A stretch of 62,976 nucleotides of DNA, counting the filler, from Neolecta irregularis DAH-3 (lineage: Eukaryota): NCBI GenBank assembly GCA_001929475.1. It is 8 parts of 8 records of this genome, joined end to end, with 100 filler letters (N's around TTAATTAATTAA, not from the genome) between each part and the next. Parts side by side here need not be neighbours in the genome. Positions count along the whole stretch, not along the records: positions 34,477 to 49,148 come from LXFE01000632.1; positions 49,249 to 50,578 come from LXFE01004288.1; positions 50,679 to 58,352 come from LXFE01000635.1; 5 more parts are not named here. One strand, given 5' to 3'. Below the pieces are notes generated by a model. It was not told where the DNA came from. It ran no database searches and worked only from the letters and a program-made list of their open reading frames with translations. The position numbers were made by a program, and so were the translations under genes. The first letter of the stretch is position 1. The number at the start of each line of letters is the position of its first letter. Below, piece by piece: positions 46,111 through 57,529 of this stretch.

Positions 46111-47554
46111 ATGAGCGGTATTGCGAATAATTCACATCTGTTAACTGATAAACTGACTCTAGCAGTATTACTCGAGACTTCAGTGGGAGATATCGTTGTT
46201 GATTTACTCGCGCAGTACGCACCACAGACATGCACAAACTTTATCAAATTATGCAAAGTATTCGTTCCTATTCATCTGCGCGCTCCAGTTGATTCGTCTA
46301 GGTTAAATATTACAACTTTTCGCCGATATATAATCTCCAAAAGGACTTTTCATTTCAGACTGGAGATCCTATTGGTCCCACCGGAGATGGTGGATCTTCA
46401 ATTTACGGTCTCTTGGGAACAGGAGAACGATATATACCAGCTGAAATACACCCTAAACTAAAACATTCGGAGAAGGGAACGGTTAGTATGGCTGTTATAT
46501 GGCCTCATAACGACGAACGAGGCATGATTGCAAGTCAATTCTTTATTACTACCGGCGAAAATCTGGATTATCTAGATGGAAAACATGCAATTTTCGGGAG
46601 AGTGGCAGAAGGATTTGATGTCCTTGAAAAGATTAATATGGCCTTTGTGGATGAAAAAGGAATGCCCTTTACTGATATTCGAATCAAACATACGATTATC
46701 TTAGAAGATCCATATTCCGATCCCGAGGGTCTCGTGGCTCCATCCACCAGTCCCGTTCCTACAAAAGCCCAACTCATGACAGTCCGGATTGCCGAGGGCG
46801 AGCTAGAGCAGGACCAGGGACTTTCTGAAGAAGAATTGGAACGACGGAGGAGGGAGCGAGAAGCTAAAGCTCAGGCTTTAACTTTGGAAATGGTAGGAGA
46901 TTTGCCGTTTGCTGAAGTCGCGCCGCCTGAGAATATTTTGTTTGTCTGTAAATTGAATTCGGCGACGAGAGATGAAGATCTTGAACTTATATTCTCAAGG
47001 CACAGTCGCTTTATTAATTGATTGTTTAATACTATAGGTTTGGCAAGATTCTGAGCTGCGAAGTTATTCGTGATCAAAGGACCGGAGATTCTCTACAATA
47101 CGCCTTTATTGAATTTGAAAAAAAGGAAGAATGTGAAGCAGTACACCCCCTTGATGGAAATTGTTTGAAATCTAATATCAAGGCCTATTTCAAAATGCAA
47201 GATGTGTTAATTGACGATAAACGAATCCACGTCGACTTTTCTCAATCCGTGTCAAAATTGAGCTCCCAATGGCGAGATTCAACAAACCAGAAACGAAGAG
47301 CGGCTGCACAGCGTGGGTTTGGTGGATCTGAAGGTCTACAGAGATGGAGACGGTATCGAGACGACGATGGGAGGCGGGGAGAGGGAGAATACAGGATGGT
47401 GTTTGATCATGAAGAAAGGCGGCGACGGAGTCGGAGCCGAGAACTTCGACAAGACAGTGAAAGACGGGAGGAGAGGGCCAGAGATGAGCGGAGAATGAGA
47501 GACGAGCGAGAGCAGAATCGATATTACGGCGATCGCAAGAGATATAGAGAGTAA
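46111..47554 (+). CDS. cyp6: Cyclophilin-RRM protein (PPIL4/Cyp6/Rct1)
   Basis: [26 protein letters not shown]...[49 protein letters not shown]-rich tail. Confidence 0.95.
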
Positions 47555-48209
47555 CTTTAAACGAAGCATGAGTATACCACACTAGTTTTGACACAATAGC
47601 TCTGGATTTCGTTGAGCCTTTGCTTTTGTCTAATAGATATGATTCCCTACTTGTAATCACGAATAGGCTAGCAAACTTTATTCAATTGCATGCCATGAAG
47701 ACCACAGTTACGGCACATGAAACTCTAGGGGGTTCAGTTCTTCTGCCTACAAGGTATCCAAGTGTACGGAGCCTCTATGACCTCTTTACAGACTACTTCA
47801 GATACAGAATGGCCTTGTAATTCAAGTAATGGACAAGCTTGAAAGTGGTCCGGAAGAATAGTAATATATGAATGGTTTATAATGTTATATTAATTCATTC
47901 ATGTTACTATACCACACCCTCTTTTTATCTTTACGTCTAAAGATCGTAGCAAACAAGGAATGAGATCAGTCGTACATTACAAGATATTCGTCATTGTTTT
48001 CGCTAAGTTCGTGGGAAGACTTTTGTTTATCAATAGCCTACAACCAAACGCACAATTTATTACTGGCAACTTGAATGTGAGAATCTGGCAGAAGAGGATA
48101 AAAACAGCAAGAAAATTCCCATTAACTTTTCAGTTACGTCTACTATACATTTATTTCTTAATAGACCATTTAACGAACAGCGATGATGTTTGAACGAACC
48201 ATTAGTCAT

Positions 48210-49148
48210 TTAGAGGATAAGGCCAGCAAGAAAAACAACACCTACAACGTATGACATTCGTTTCCTAACAGAACCGGAGGCGAAGCTATAAATGGGAGTC
48301 TTTACACTAGTAGTTGAAGTAGGTTGTCCTGCTGATACAAGGCCAGTAGGAAGAGTTGTCTCGAGTTGTCCAGCTGATTCTAGATAGAGATCATGCAGGA
48401 AGGGCTTCAAGGGTTTCTGGATGACTATAGTCCCGACATTGTCAGATTCAGAGAAGACTTGAACTTTGACTTCGCTAGAAGGTTTAGACGCTACTAGGAC
48501 TTGTCCCTGGAAAGCAGATACTTCGGCCTTAGCATAGGCATCAGCATGAGCGTTTGCACGAGCTTCATGAGGGTATAACCTGACTTGCATGCTTGAGAGG
48601 AGGGAAACAGATTTATGTTTTCCTTCGACAGCTTTGAGCTCTACCACGGTCTCAACTGATGACTTTGTCTTGACTTGTGGTCCGCCAACAGCCGGAAGCT
48701 TGTCGGATCGCCCAGTGTGTTTCTCGGTCCGTTGAGAGAACGCGTGTGAAGAAAAATTCGTTTCACGAGATTTCCGAGTTTTTTTGGTCCACTGAGAGAA
48801 AGTGTGTGAGTGAAAATTCGTTTGACGAGATTTCTGAGAGTTTGAGGGAATATTCGTTTGACGAGATTTGGGAGTTTCAGTCTGTGGAGGGAGAGTGTGG
48901 AAGGGAAAATTCGTCTGATGAGATTTGTGAGTTTCGGTCGTTTGGGAGAGAAAATTCGTGTGACGAGATTTGTGAGTTTCGGTCGGTTGGGAGAGAAAAA
49001 GATTCGTGTGACGAGATTTGTGAGTTTCGGTCGGTTGGGAGAGAAAAATATTCGTCTGAGATTTGTGCGTTTCGGTCCATTTGGAGAGAAAATTCGTGTG
49101 ACGAGATTTATGAGTTTCGGTCCGTTGGGAGAGAAAATTCGTCTGAGA
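48210..49148 (-). CDS. 3' part of a putative GPI-anchored cell-surface protein with 15-aa tandem repeats, truncated by gap
   Basis: Frame has no stop from the gap to 48210; repeats THKSRHTNFLSQ(P/T)TE; ends ...SFASGSVRKRMSYVVGVVFLAGLIL (GPI-like signal). Confidence 0.7.
   Translation of the reverse strand, partial: SQTNFLSQRTETHKSRHTNFLSKWTETHKSQTNIFLSQPTETHKSRHTNLFLSQPTETHKSRHTNFLSQTTETHKSHQTNFPFHTLPPQTETPKSRQTNIPSNSQKSRQTNFHSHTFSQWTKKTRKSRETNFSSHAFSQRTEKHTGRSDKLPAVGGPQVKTKSSVETVVELKAVEGKHKSVSLLSSMQVRLYPHEARANAHADAYAKAEVSAFQGQVLVASKPSSEVKVQVFSESDNVGTIVIQKPLKPFLHDLYLESAGQLETTLPTGLVSAGQPTSTTSVKTPIYSFASGSVRKRMSYVVGVVFLAGLIL
48720..49148. repeat. 45/48-bp coding minisatellite
   Basis: Unit GTTTCGGTCCGTTGGGAGAGAAAATTCGTGTGACGAGATTTGTGA; the units counted all have lengths divisible by 3. 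Confidence 0.92.
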
Positions 49149-49248
49149 NNNNNNNNNNNNNNNNNNNNNNNNNNNNNNNNNNNNNNNNNNNNTTAATTAA
49201 TTAANNNNNNNNNNNNNNNNNNNNNNNNNNNNNNNNNNNNNNNNNNNN

Positions 49249-50578
49249 CAGGGTAGCCATGAATGAACTCGCTACCGGTGTAGCTGATGTAGTGACAGTT
49301 TCAGCACTATTCGAAGTACTCTGTGTAGGACCTTGCTGGTCAGCTTGCATGGTCGCCGTCATTAATCACCTGGCGCATTGACAGTCGACTCAATACTACT
49401 GCTTGTCTGTTTATGAAGCGAGGATGTCTGCTCGGTAGATATTGGAAGACTGTTGTTCTGCGTAGTTGTTGTCGCAATAGTATTTGAATCTGTGATGACA
49501 GTAGAGCTCGTACTAGAAGATTGCTATTGCAGTTAGACAGAATGTCCTATATAAATGAAAAACCATATTTAATCCCCCTGAAGGGAAAGTCGCAGTGGTT
49601 GTTGAGGACTCAAGGTTTGATGAAATAGGGCTAGATAGTCCTGGTAAACTACTGCTTGGCGAACCCTTTTAAAAATTAGTAAGAATCCTGTGAATAGCAA
49701 TACTGAAGAAGATTCTACCGAGGGTGTTGATAAACTACTTTCAATAGCATGGGAAGCAGCTGTCGAAATATCGCTTATTATAAGACTAGAAGTGCTTGAC
49801 ATTTGTTGTTCGTTTATGGAGCTGCTGGTAATTATCTGATTACTTACACTCGACATTAAGGAAGTGCCCAATAAGTTGGTAGAACTGGGTGTAATGGTTT
49901 GTATAATTGTATGTTCGACTGTTACAATAGACGTGGAACTTTCAACGATTTCTATAGTTGACGTGCTTGTCACATCGACGTCAATAACCGTATTTGAGGT
50001 GACTACAATATCGGATGTACTTGTTATTATGTTGATTTGATTGCCTGAGCTGGTCGATGTGTACACGACTGAGTTTGATATGACTGAGCTTCTTAGTACT
50101 TCACTCTCATTTGTGATCCAGCTGGTCGAGCTAACATTGTATAAGGTAATCTCGCCACTAGACATAGTTGAAGACTCCAAAACGGGAACTATTGTTGGAG
50201 AGCTCAAGTGTTCTATACTTGTGAATAGCTCAGTACTATCAGTTATTTGTGTGCTTAAAATCTTTGATTCTTGAGGAGTTGTTTCTGTTAGTACAACATT
50301 GCTGACAACCGTAGTGACCTTACTAATGGTTGAAGGCTCGCTCTTAATAACTTCTGTGATCGATGTTGAAGTTATTGCAAGAATACTAGTGGATATAGAA
50401 TCAAATGAACTCACTACGGGTGTAGCTGATGTAGCGAGAGTTTCAGCACTATTCGAGGGACTCGGTGTAGGAACTTGCTGGTCAGCTTGCATAGTCATCG
50501 TNNNNNNNNNNAAGCTTGCATGGTCGCCGTCATTAATCACCTGGCGCATTGACAGTCGACTCAATACTACTGCTTGTC
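49249..50578 (-). CDS. Internal fragment of a Ser/Thr-rich mucin-like protein (both ends in gaps), possibly the same gene as 48210-49148
   Basis: More than 300 codons of S/T-rich sequence with short introns; an internal duplicated block at about 49260-49407 and 50404-50578. Confidence 0.7.
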
Positions 50579-50678
50579 NNNNNNNNNNNNNNNNNNNNNN
50601 NNNNNNNNNNNNNNNNNNNNNNTTAATTAATTAANNNNNNNNNNNNNNNNNNNNNNNNNNNNNNNNNNNNNNNNNNNN

Positions 50679-51137
50679 TGCGAAACCAGACATAAGCCCA
50701 TGCTGCCTCCTTGGTATATTGATTTCTTTTATTCCTCCAAATTTGATGAAAATCTGCTCCAGGTCCTTGTTCTCGCGTATTGACCAGGGAGATTTCGGAT
50801 AATCAATCGTGATCTCTTTTCTTCGACTTGCACTTCATTAGGTAGTGTATCCGTCACTCCATTCCTTTTTGGTCGAGCGAAATCAATCCGAATACTTCGA
50901 CCCTCAAACTTTCCATTCAACTCTGTAAAAGCTCTCTTTGCATCTTCCTTCAGGGAATAATGTGAATGCGAAGCCTCGAGGTTCGCGTGTTACTGGATTT
51001 GTTATTATGATAGCATTTTTGATCGGGCCAACTTGAGAGAAGAAATCTGACAAGGAATTTGACGTCACTGAATAGGAAAGATTACGAACGAACAATGATG
51101 ATGGAATGTGATTCGGCTGCTGACTGTTGTCATCCAT
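50679..51137 (-). pseudogene. nop4: Nop4/RBM28-like RRM protein N-terminus with frameshifts (pseudogene or low-quality contig end)
   Basis: SLFVRNLSYSVT...FFSQVGPIK, EDAKRA...FEGRSIRIDFARP, RLIIRNLP(-1)WSIRE; at least two frame breaks. Confidence 0.6.
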
Positions 51138-51719
51138 TATGGTGTTTAAAAGTGGTGTATCTGAGAAATTTTGAGGTTGAACTTTTTTGAATTCGTTGAA
51201 GGTGGACGGACGGGTTATCCCAATAGCCAAACTTTGAAAAAAAGAACCAACTACATATACCTATTTAGATAAAGATTTCTGCACTGCATCTACTCTTCAA
51301 AAGCAAACATATTCTCTCTGAGTCGCAATCCATAGCAACTTAAGAGATGAGTCATCGCCTGATCCCAGAGACTGACTCGATAATGTCTCAAGGGTAAATT
51401 GGAGCAATGGAGATTTGTCTCTGATAAAAATTATTGTTTGGCCCTCTTCTTTATCAGTGTATTAAGGCATCTCTCCGGTTTCGTCATTATTTGCATGATG
51501 GTTCGACGGATCTGGTCAATATTTATATATACGACCGGATTTGGTCGAAAGACATACTGGCTCGTCTGAAGGCGGGCTTTTCTTCCACCCATTCCAAAAT
51601 GTCGAAAATCGTTGTTTCAGACATTGTTTCTTCCGCACTAGGAAATTTCTACCTATATATGAACATGCAGTTCCCGTCTAAATCTCTCATTTTGCTTATC
51701 TTCTAGAAGCAGATAATAA

Positions 51720-53706
51720 ATGGCTCAGCGCGTTTATACCTCTGACTCGGCAAATTTACGCAATGACGATCTTGATGATCAGCAGCATGACATAACAGGA
51801 GGGTTGCTTGGAAATACGGCAGCAGAGAGCTCGCTGTACGACCATGACACCAAAGACGATCTCTCTGATGAAAACCACATTGAGCCCACCGAACAAGAGC
51901 TCAGCACCCTGAATCGTGTTGCTGATGCGCTTCCTCTCGGTGCTTGGTATTGGTCACCCTGCAGCAACGACTTAAACTTTAGGCTTGTGGTTGTCATCGA
52001 GTTCTGCGAGAGATTCATGTTCTATGGAACATCTGGTCCATTTCAGAATTATATTCAAAATTCCCCCCATTCTAAACCACTGGGAGCTCTCGGTCTCGGG
52101 CAACGTGGAGCTACAATGCTCAACAACTTTTGGAACTTTTGTATACCGAGTTTATACGTTTGTCTGGCTTACTGGCAGGGTGCTATTTTACGCCCATATT
52201 TGGTGCTATAATTGCTGATCAGTATCTTGGAAGGTACAGAACCATTTGTCTGTTCGGTATCTTCTATTTGATTGGTACTTCATCTGTGGCATAATTTCCT
52301 GACCTCAGGTTCTGTTATTTTGTTCTCCACATCGTTCCCAGCGGCAATTGAAAGTGGTGCATCTCTCGGAGGTTTTATCACTGCTATCATCATCATGGGT
52401 CTCGGTGCTGGTGGTATCAAGCCAAACGTATCCCCTCTTGTTGCCGAGCAATGTTCACGGACGCAACGAACTATCAAAGTGCTTCCGTCGGGAAAACGAG
52501 TTATCATTGATCCAGCTGTCACAGCTCAACGTGTTTTCATGACCTTTTACTGGGCTATCAATGTTGGCTCTCTCTCTTCAATGGCTACAACTCAACTTCG
52601 AAAAGACGTAGGTTATTGGGCCGCCTTCCTGCTCCCTCTTTGCATGTTTGTTATTGGCCTCTTGGTTTTGTTCTTGGGGCGTAGTAAGTACATTGTTCGT
52701 CCTCCGCAGGGTTCAGTTATTCCAAGATCCTTTCAAGCTTTGTGGATAGGATTCGTCAACGGTTGCAACATGGACAAGGCCAAACCATCAGTCATAGTAT
52801 GACTCGGTTTTCATTCTAGCTCTAATGAAAGGCCACTAGATCCTCGGGCGACAAGGCACTATGGGATGATCATTTCATCGATGAACTCAAGCGAGCCTTA
52901 ACTGCCTGTAGGATTTTCCTGTTCTTCCCCATATATTGGGTCTGTTATTTCGAGATGACTACTGTAAATCTTCTTGCATTTACTCTTACTTAATCATAGA
53001 ATCTTATTTCGCAAGCTGGCCAAATGAAAACAGGAAGCACCCCGAATGACTTTTTACAGAACCTAAATCCTATTACTCTCATAATTTTCATTCCAATCTT
53101 CGATAGACTTGTGTACCCGGGTTTGCGGAAGGTTGGAATTCGAATGCTTCCTATGACTCGAATCATTTTGGGTTTCTTCACTGCTGCTGCATCCATGGCC
53201 TACGCTGCGGGTGTGCAACATATGATATACACTACAGGACCCTGCTTCAAGAATTTCAGTGATGGATGTACTGAGAATAGTAATTCGTTTCTTAGAATAA
53301 AGGCACTTATCATTTAGATGTCAATGTCTGGATTCAAACTCCCGCTTATGTGTTGATCGCACTTTCCGAAATTTTCGCTTCGATCACCGGTCTCGAATAC
53401 GCTTACACCAAAGCACCATCTTCCATGAAGTCTTTCGTTATGGCTATGTTTTTGCTCACGTATGCTGGAGGTGCCATCTTGGGAATAGCTCTTGCATCCG
53501 TTGCTGTCGATCCCAAACTTGTATGGATGTATACTGCCATAGCAGTCACAGCTGTAATTTCTGGAATTTCATTTTGGGCCTGTTTCAAACATTTGAATGG
53601 CATGGAAGATGAAATGAATGCTTTAGAAGCCAAAGGCCAACAAGCTGTACCTGTCGGATCAATAGTGCAATCCAAGAAATCCAACCATCACAATCTCAAC
53701 GCTTAA
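51720..53706 (+). CDS. ptr2: PTR2/POT-family di/tripeptide transporter
   Basis: EFCERFMFYG (ExxER), GLGAGGIKPNVSP, FYWAINVGSL, LIALSEIFASITGLEYAYTKAPSSMKS. Confidence 0.95.
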
Positions 53707-54029
53707 CTAGCCTTCTTGTACATAAGTTTCTACCGTTGTATCTAGCCAGAGCTCTTTCTTTGATTAACCTAAGTAAATAACCAATAATAAGTACCTTTCA
53801 AGAGTCAGCGAAGCGTGAATGAGCGAAAAATCATTCAGTATTCGGATCTGGATATCCAATACAATAAGGTCATCGGAAAGTACAAGCCACTTTGTTTGGT
53901 ATTAATTCCACCTGATGAATGTAGATCCAGGGTACCTGTTAATTAGATACTAAGGATTATCCATAGAAAAATTTGCTTGGAGGGTCACAATATAAAGTAA
54001 TATATTAAAACACCTAAAAGTATATTTGA

Positions 54030-54113
54030 GCCCTCTTAGCATAGTTGGTTATTGTGCTCCCCTAGTATATAAAGCCAAGGGAGAGGTCTTGAGTTCGACT
54101 CTCAAAGAGGGCA
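54030..54113 (+). tRNA. tRNA-Thr(AGT) with 10-nt intron
   Basis: GCCCTCT/AGAGGGC acceptor stem, CTCCC-CT-AGT-A[TATAAAGCCA]A-GGGAG anticodon arm, GTTCGACTC T-loop. Confidence 0.93.
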
Positions 54114-54150
54114 GGCTAGGTGTATTTTTGCACGGTTGATCTTTTATGAT

Positions 54151-54398
54151 TGTAACTAGCCAATTGTATTAATCTATTTCCGTTTCTAAGTCTTGACTAC
54201 TCAAGAGATTGAAAGCTTGAATGACTGTGCTCACCAATCAACAATCTATAATTCTATAACCACCTCCAACATCCAGCTACATCCTGTGTCCTTCATGCTC
54301 TATCTGTCTGGGCCAAGAATCTAAGAGTCCTTTTATTTTATCCAAGCTATATTATGCTAATCACTGGAAAACTCTACAACCATCGCCAGTGTGTTACA
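54151..54398 (+). mobile_element. Solo LTR (family L2)
   Basis: TGTAAC...GTTACA termini, 248 bp; second partial copy at 34270-34376. Confidence 0.65.
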
Positions 54399-55279
54399 AG
54401 CAGATATTAGACTAGAGCCCTGGAGGTAGAGGTAGACGAAAGCCACTGCTCTTCTTGGAAAGCATATATCATGTCGGCTTGCAATATATTAATTCTTCTT
54501 GTTTTGATGCATGTATCCTTTGATCAAAAATATCTTTCCAAGATTTTGCAGCCAGTACCTTCCATCCTAGGAATTAAATGAATAACTAACAACTGTAAAA
54601 ATATGTGAGAGGTAAATCCCCATCCCAGGTAACTGGCTGATTTCGGCCGGAGTGTAGACCATTTAAATCACCGTTGACTTGAATGGCTTTTGATATTAAT
54701 TCATGGTCTGCGGAAAGTCGATAGGTGGAGCTGCAGAGATGTTAAGAAAGACTGAGAGGCATGGGAATATTGTCATTTCAACTATACCGTTGGAACAAGC
54801 CTGCCGCAGATGGGACTCGGGTATTTTACCTTTCCCAAAATCATCTCGACATTTGGCCTATTAAATAATCTAGTCGGCAGTGAAAATACAACGAAACAAT
54901 GAATCCTATGAAGATTGCAGCAAATGAGAGTCCAAAGGGTTAATCTTGCAGTTTTTTCGAATAACATGTAAGAGCGATCGAGATTCAATTCCTGAATCCG
55001 CGGACCATATATGTGGTAGGCTAGATGAATTGCCATACTCAGACAGAAGACGTGATTCTTTACTGATTAAAAGCCAGTGGTATAAAGATAGCGGGTGAGG
55101 TGAACTTTGGAAGGAAAAAGTATAATATGAACTATATTTACTGTATTCCGGAGAATTAACAAAAGGCCTTTATCGTCATGAGTCGATGATGTCGACATCT
55201 ATATTTGACAGGAGGACAAGTTGCGCGGTCGTCAGGCCAACTCCACATCCACACTTACTCTAAGCGCCCACAGTTTATA

Positions 55280-55816
55280 ATGGAGTTTGAACCAAAAGTA
55301 CCTGTGGAACTGGATTCACCGAAGGATGGTATAATCGTTAATGAGAAGCGAATTTACTGAATCAAAAGAACTGTTCACTCCGGAAGAATTAGCTCAGTAT
55401 GATGGATCAGACCTACAAAAGCCAATCTACGTTGCAATTAAGGGAACCATTTTTGACGTCAGCAGGAATAAGGACTCATACGGTATTGAGTGGATTTTCT
55501 TTCTCATTAAGTACTGATCTTGGGTAGGGCCTGGTGTATTTTATGTCGGCTTAATGACATTGTTGATTGCATAGAAAGGCTACTCTATATTCGCAGGGAA
55601 GGAGGCCAATCGAGCGCTTGGAAAGTCATCTTTGAAGCTTGAAGACTGTATACATGATTATAGCGACCTCGATGAGTCCGAGAAAAAGACCCTAAACGAT
55701 TGGTATATATTTTTTAGCAAGGTACGAATCTTCAAAGGATTTGCAAAACAAAGCTTACTGAAAAAACTCAGAGATACAATATCGTTGGAAAAGTCAAGCG
55801 AAATGAGGGGTCTTGA
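55280..55816 (+). CDS. Cytochrome b5-like heme/steroid-binding (MAPR) protein with an 8-nt micro-exon
   Basis: FTPEELAQYDGSD..KPIYVAIKGTIFDVS...YGPGKGYSIFAGKEANRALGKSSL...WYIFFSKRYNIVGKV. Confidence 0.9.
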
Positions 55817-56050
55817 TTACATCCACTGCTGTGGTATCAAAGGTGCTAATCCCTCTCGTTTCTGGTGATTTTTCAAATAGCCTGCTCAATGAGTATATCT
55901 AGAAAGTGTAAATTTTAACGCTTTCAAAATTGTACAATACAAGCACTCCAAACCCGGTTACCTGATGGTTACAACGATTCACGAGCTTTCGGGCCTGACA
56001 AAGCTCATCAGCTTGAATTAGTCTATGGACTAGCCTACAGGGTTGATTGG

Positions 56051-56265
56051 TGTAATAGTCAGCCATATCCAGTGTGGGGACTCGATAGTGCCCCACGGTC
56101 AGAAGGCACTTGTAAGGATATACCCAATAGGTATACCTTACCAATACAGTAATCAGGCGTTGGTGGAATAAGTAGCAGAGTTCATAGTTATATCTAGCCT
56201 GAGTTACAACACTTAGGCTAGAACTATATCCTGGTCTTATTTGTAACTTCTGGTGTTAAGCTTAC
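56051..56265 (+). mobile_element. Probable solo LTR (family L3)
   Basis: TGTAA...TTACA termini; its 3' part (ACT.AGGCTAG...TGGTCTTAT...TACAC) recurs at 58459-58516 (+) and about 13716-13770 (-). Confidence 0.5.
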
Positions 56266-56668
56266 ACCACTGGTATACCCCGGCCAAAACCACCAAGGCT
56301 CTCCCATCGGTTTAGGACCCGGGGACGGAGACTCCAGACAAACACCTCCTTCTGATTCCTAACCTGCTTCTGAGTTTGAACTGGCTGCTCGCCATTGTCT
56401 TCTTCGGGGATGAAACTTTCCGCCAAACCAGAACATGTCCTCAACGAAAATCTTATCCAAAAGTTTCTTTCGTTCAACTTATTTCTCGTTAATTAAAGTC
56501 CTTTTGGCTCAGAAATCATCTGCTAATGATTCTGAGAGAAATGAAGTTTATCTATTCAACGCTACCTAATTGAACATCTGGACCCGAATTTCGAAGATAT
56601 TGTCGGCTTTCCCACGAAGAAAAAGGCATGGCCTCGGGATAGCCGAATGCGGTTGATGAAACATAATG

Positions 56669-56923
56669 TTGCTCTTTTCGTCGTGATCACTTTCCATGCC
56701 AGGACATATCATATTAAGATTCGGCCTCAAATAGAATATTTCAACTATAATGCCTGCATTCAGAAGCTTTGGTTTTTAGAGTCAGCCATTTGCTCTTTTC
56801 GTCGTGATCACTTTCCATGCCAGGACATACCATATTAAGATTTGGCCTCAAATAGAATATTTCAACTACAATGCCCGCATTCAGAAGCATTTGGTTTCAA
56901 GAAGAGTCAGCCATTCGCTCTTT
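56669..56923 (+). repeat. Tandem duplication, about 121-bp unit, in the promoter of the PAN-domain gene
   Basis: TTGCTCTTTTCGTCGTGATCACTTTCCATGCCAGGACATA...GAGTCAGCCATT occurs twice. Confidence 0.92.
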
Positions 56924-56989
56924 CCGGATTGTAAATGTTATTTAAGGGCGAGATGCCCGCCCTAAATCTTTTTCAATTTGTCACCAACC

Positions 56990-57439
56990 ATGTTGTCGAT
57001 CATTTTGTACATCGCCTTGTGTGGAAAGCTTTCCTTTGCAGCGCTAAGTGATAAATTACTTGATGACAAATTTGTCGAGGTTGAGACGCCCCGCACCCCA
57101 ATAGATCCCGAATATTTGCACCCATCTCAAATTATCCGTTGCGAAAGCGCTACCCAACTTGTGCAAACTAGCGACGTCGGATTTGACGTTGTCGCAACGG
57201 ATTATCATACCAATTTTATCATTTCCAGTGTGGATGATCAATGTGCTTTGGCCTGCTTCAAGAACCCTTCGTGTGCTGGTTTTCTGATCGTAAGGGATTC
57301 TCGAAAAATGCCCCGCCCCACCTTCTGCTACCTATTTGATGAAGGATCGCAGGTGCAACTTGTGCATGGGAATGATATCTTGATGGGCTTCTACAGGAGC
57401 AGGAATATTAGGGTTAGTTGGGATTTAAAAGTCATCTGA
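56990..57439 (+). CDS. Small secreted protein with PAN/apple-like cysteine pattern (149 aa)
   Basis: Signal peptide MLSIILYIALCGKLSFA; QCALACFKNPSCAGF...FCYLF pattern; intronless. Confidence 0.72.
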   Translation: MLSIILYIALCGKLSFAALSDKLLDDKFVEVETPRTPIDPEYLHPSQIIRCESATQLVQTSDVGFDVVATDYHTNFIISSVDDQCALACFKNPSCAGFLIVRDSRKMPRPTFCYLFDEGSQVQLVHGNDILMGFYRSRNIRVSWDLKVI

Positions 57440-57529
57440 TGTTTTAGACGCAAAGGAAATTCAGCAATACTCTTTCAGATCTTGATGTCATTACTTTTGA
57501 GGATGTAATTCAACAATAATATTGTAATT

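Noticed and set aside
48720-49148. 45-bp repeats as a CRISPR array or plus-strand ORFs
   Set aside because: No unique spacers, eukaryotic context, and unit lengths keep the minus-strand frame open; it is a coding minisatellite
6561-53706. OPT, CPY, ALT and PTR2 as a nitrogen-scavenging cluster, and the P450 as part of a biosynthetic cluster
   Set aside because: The genes are far apart, separated by gaps and housekeeping genes; no backbone synthase lies near the P450
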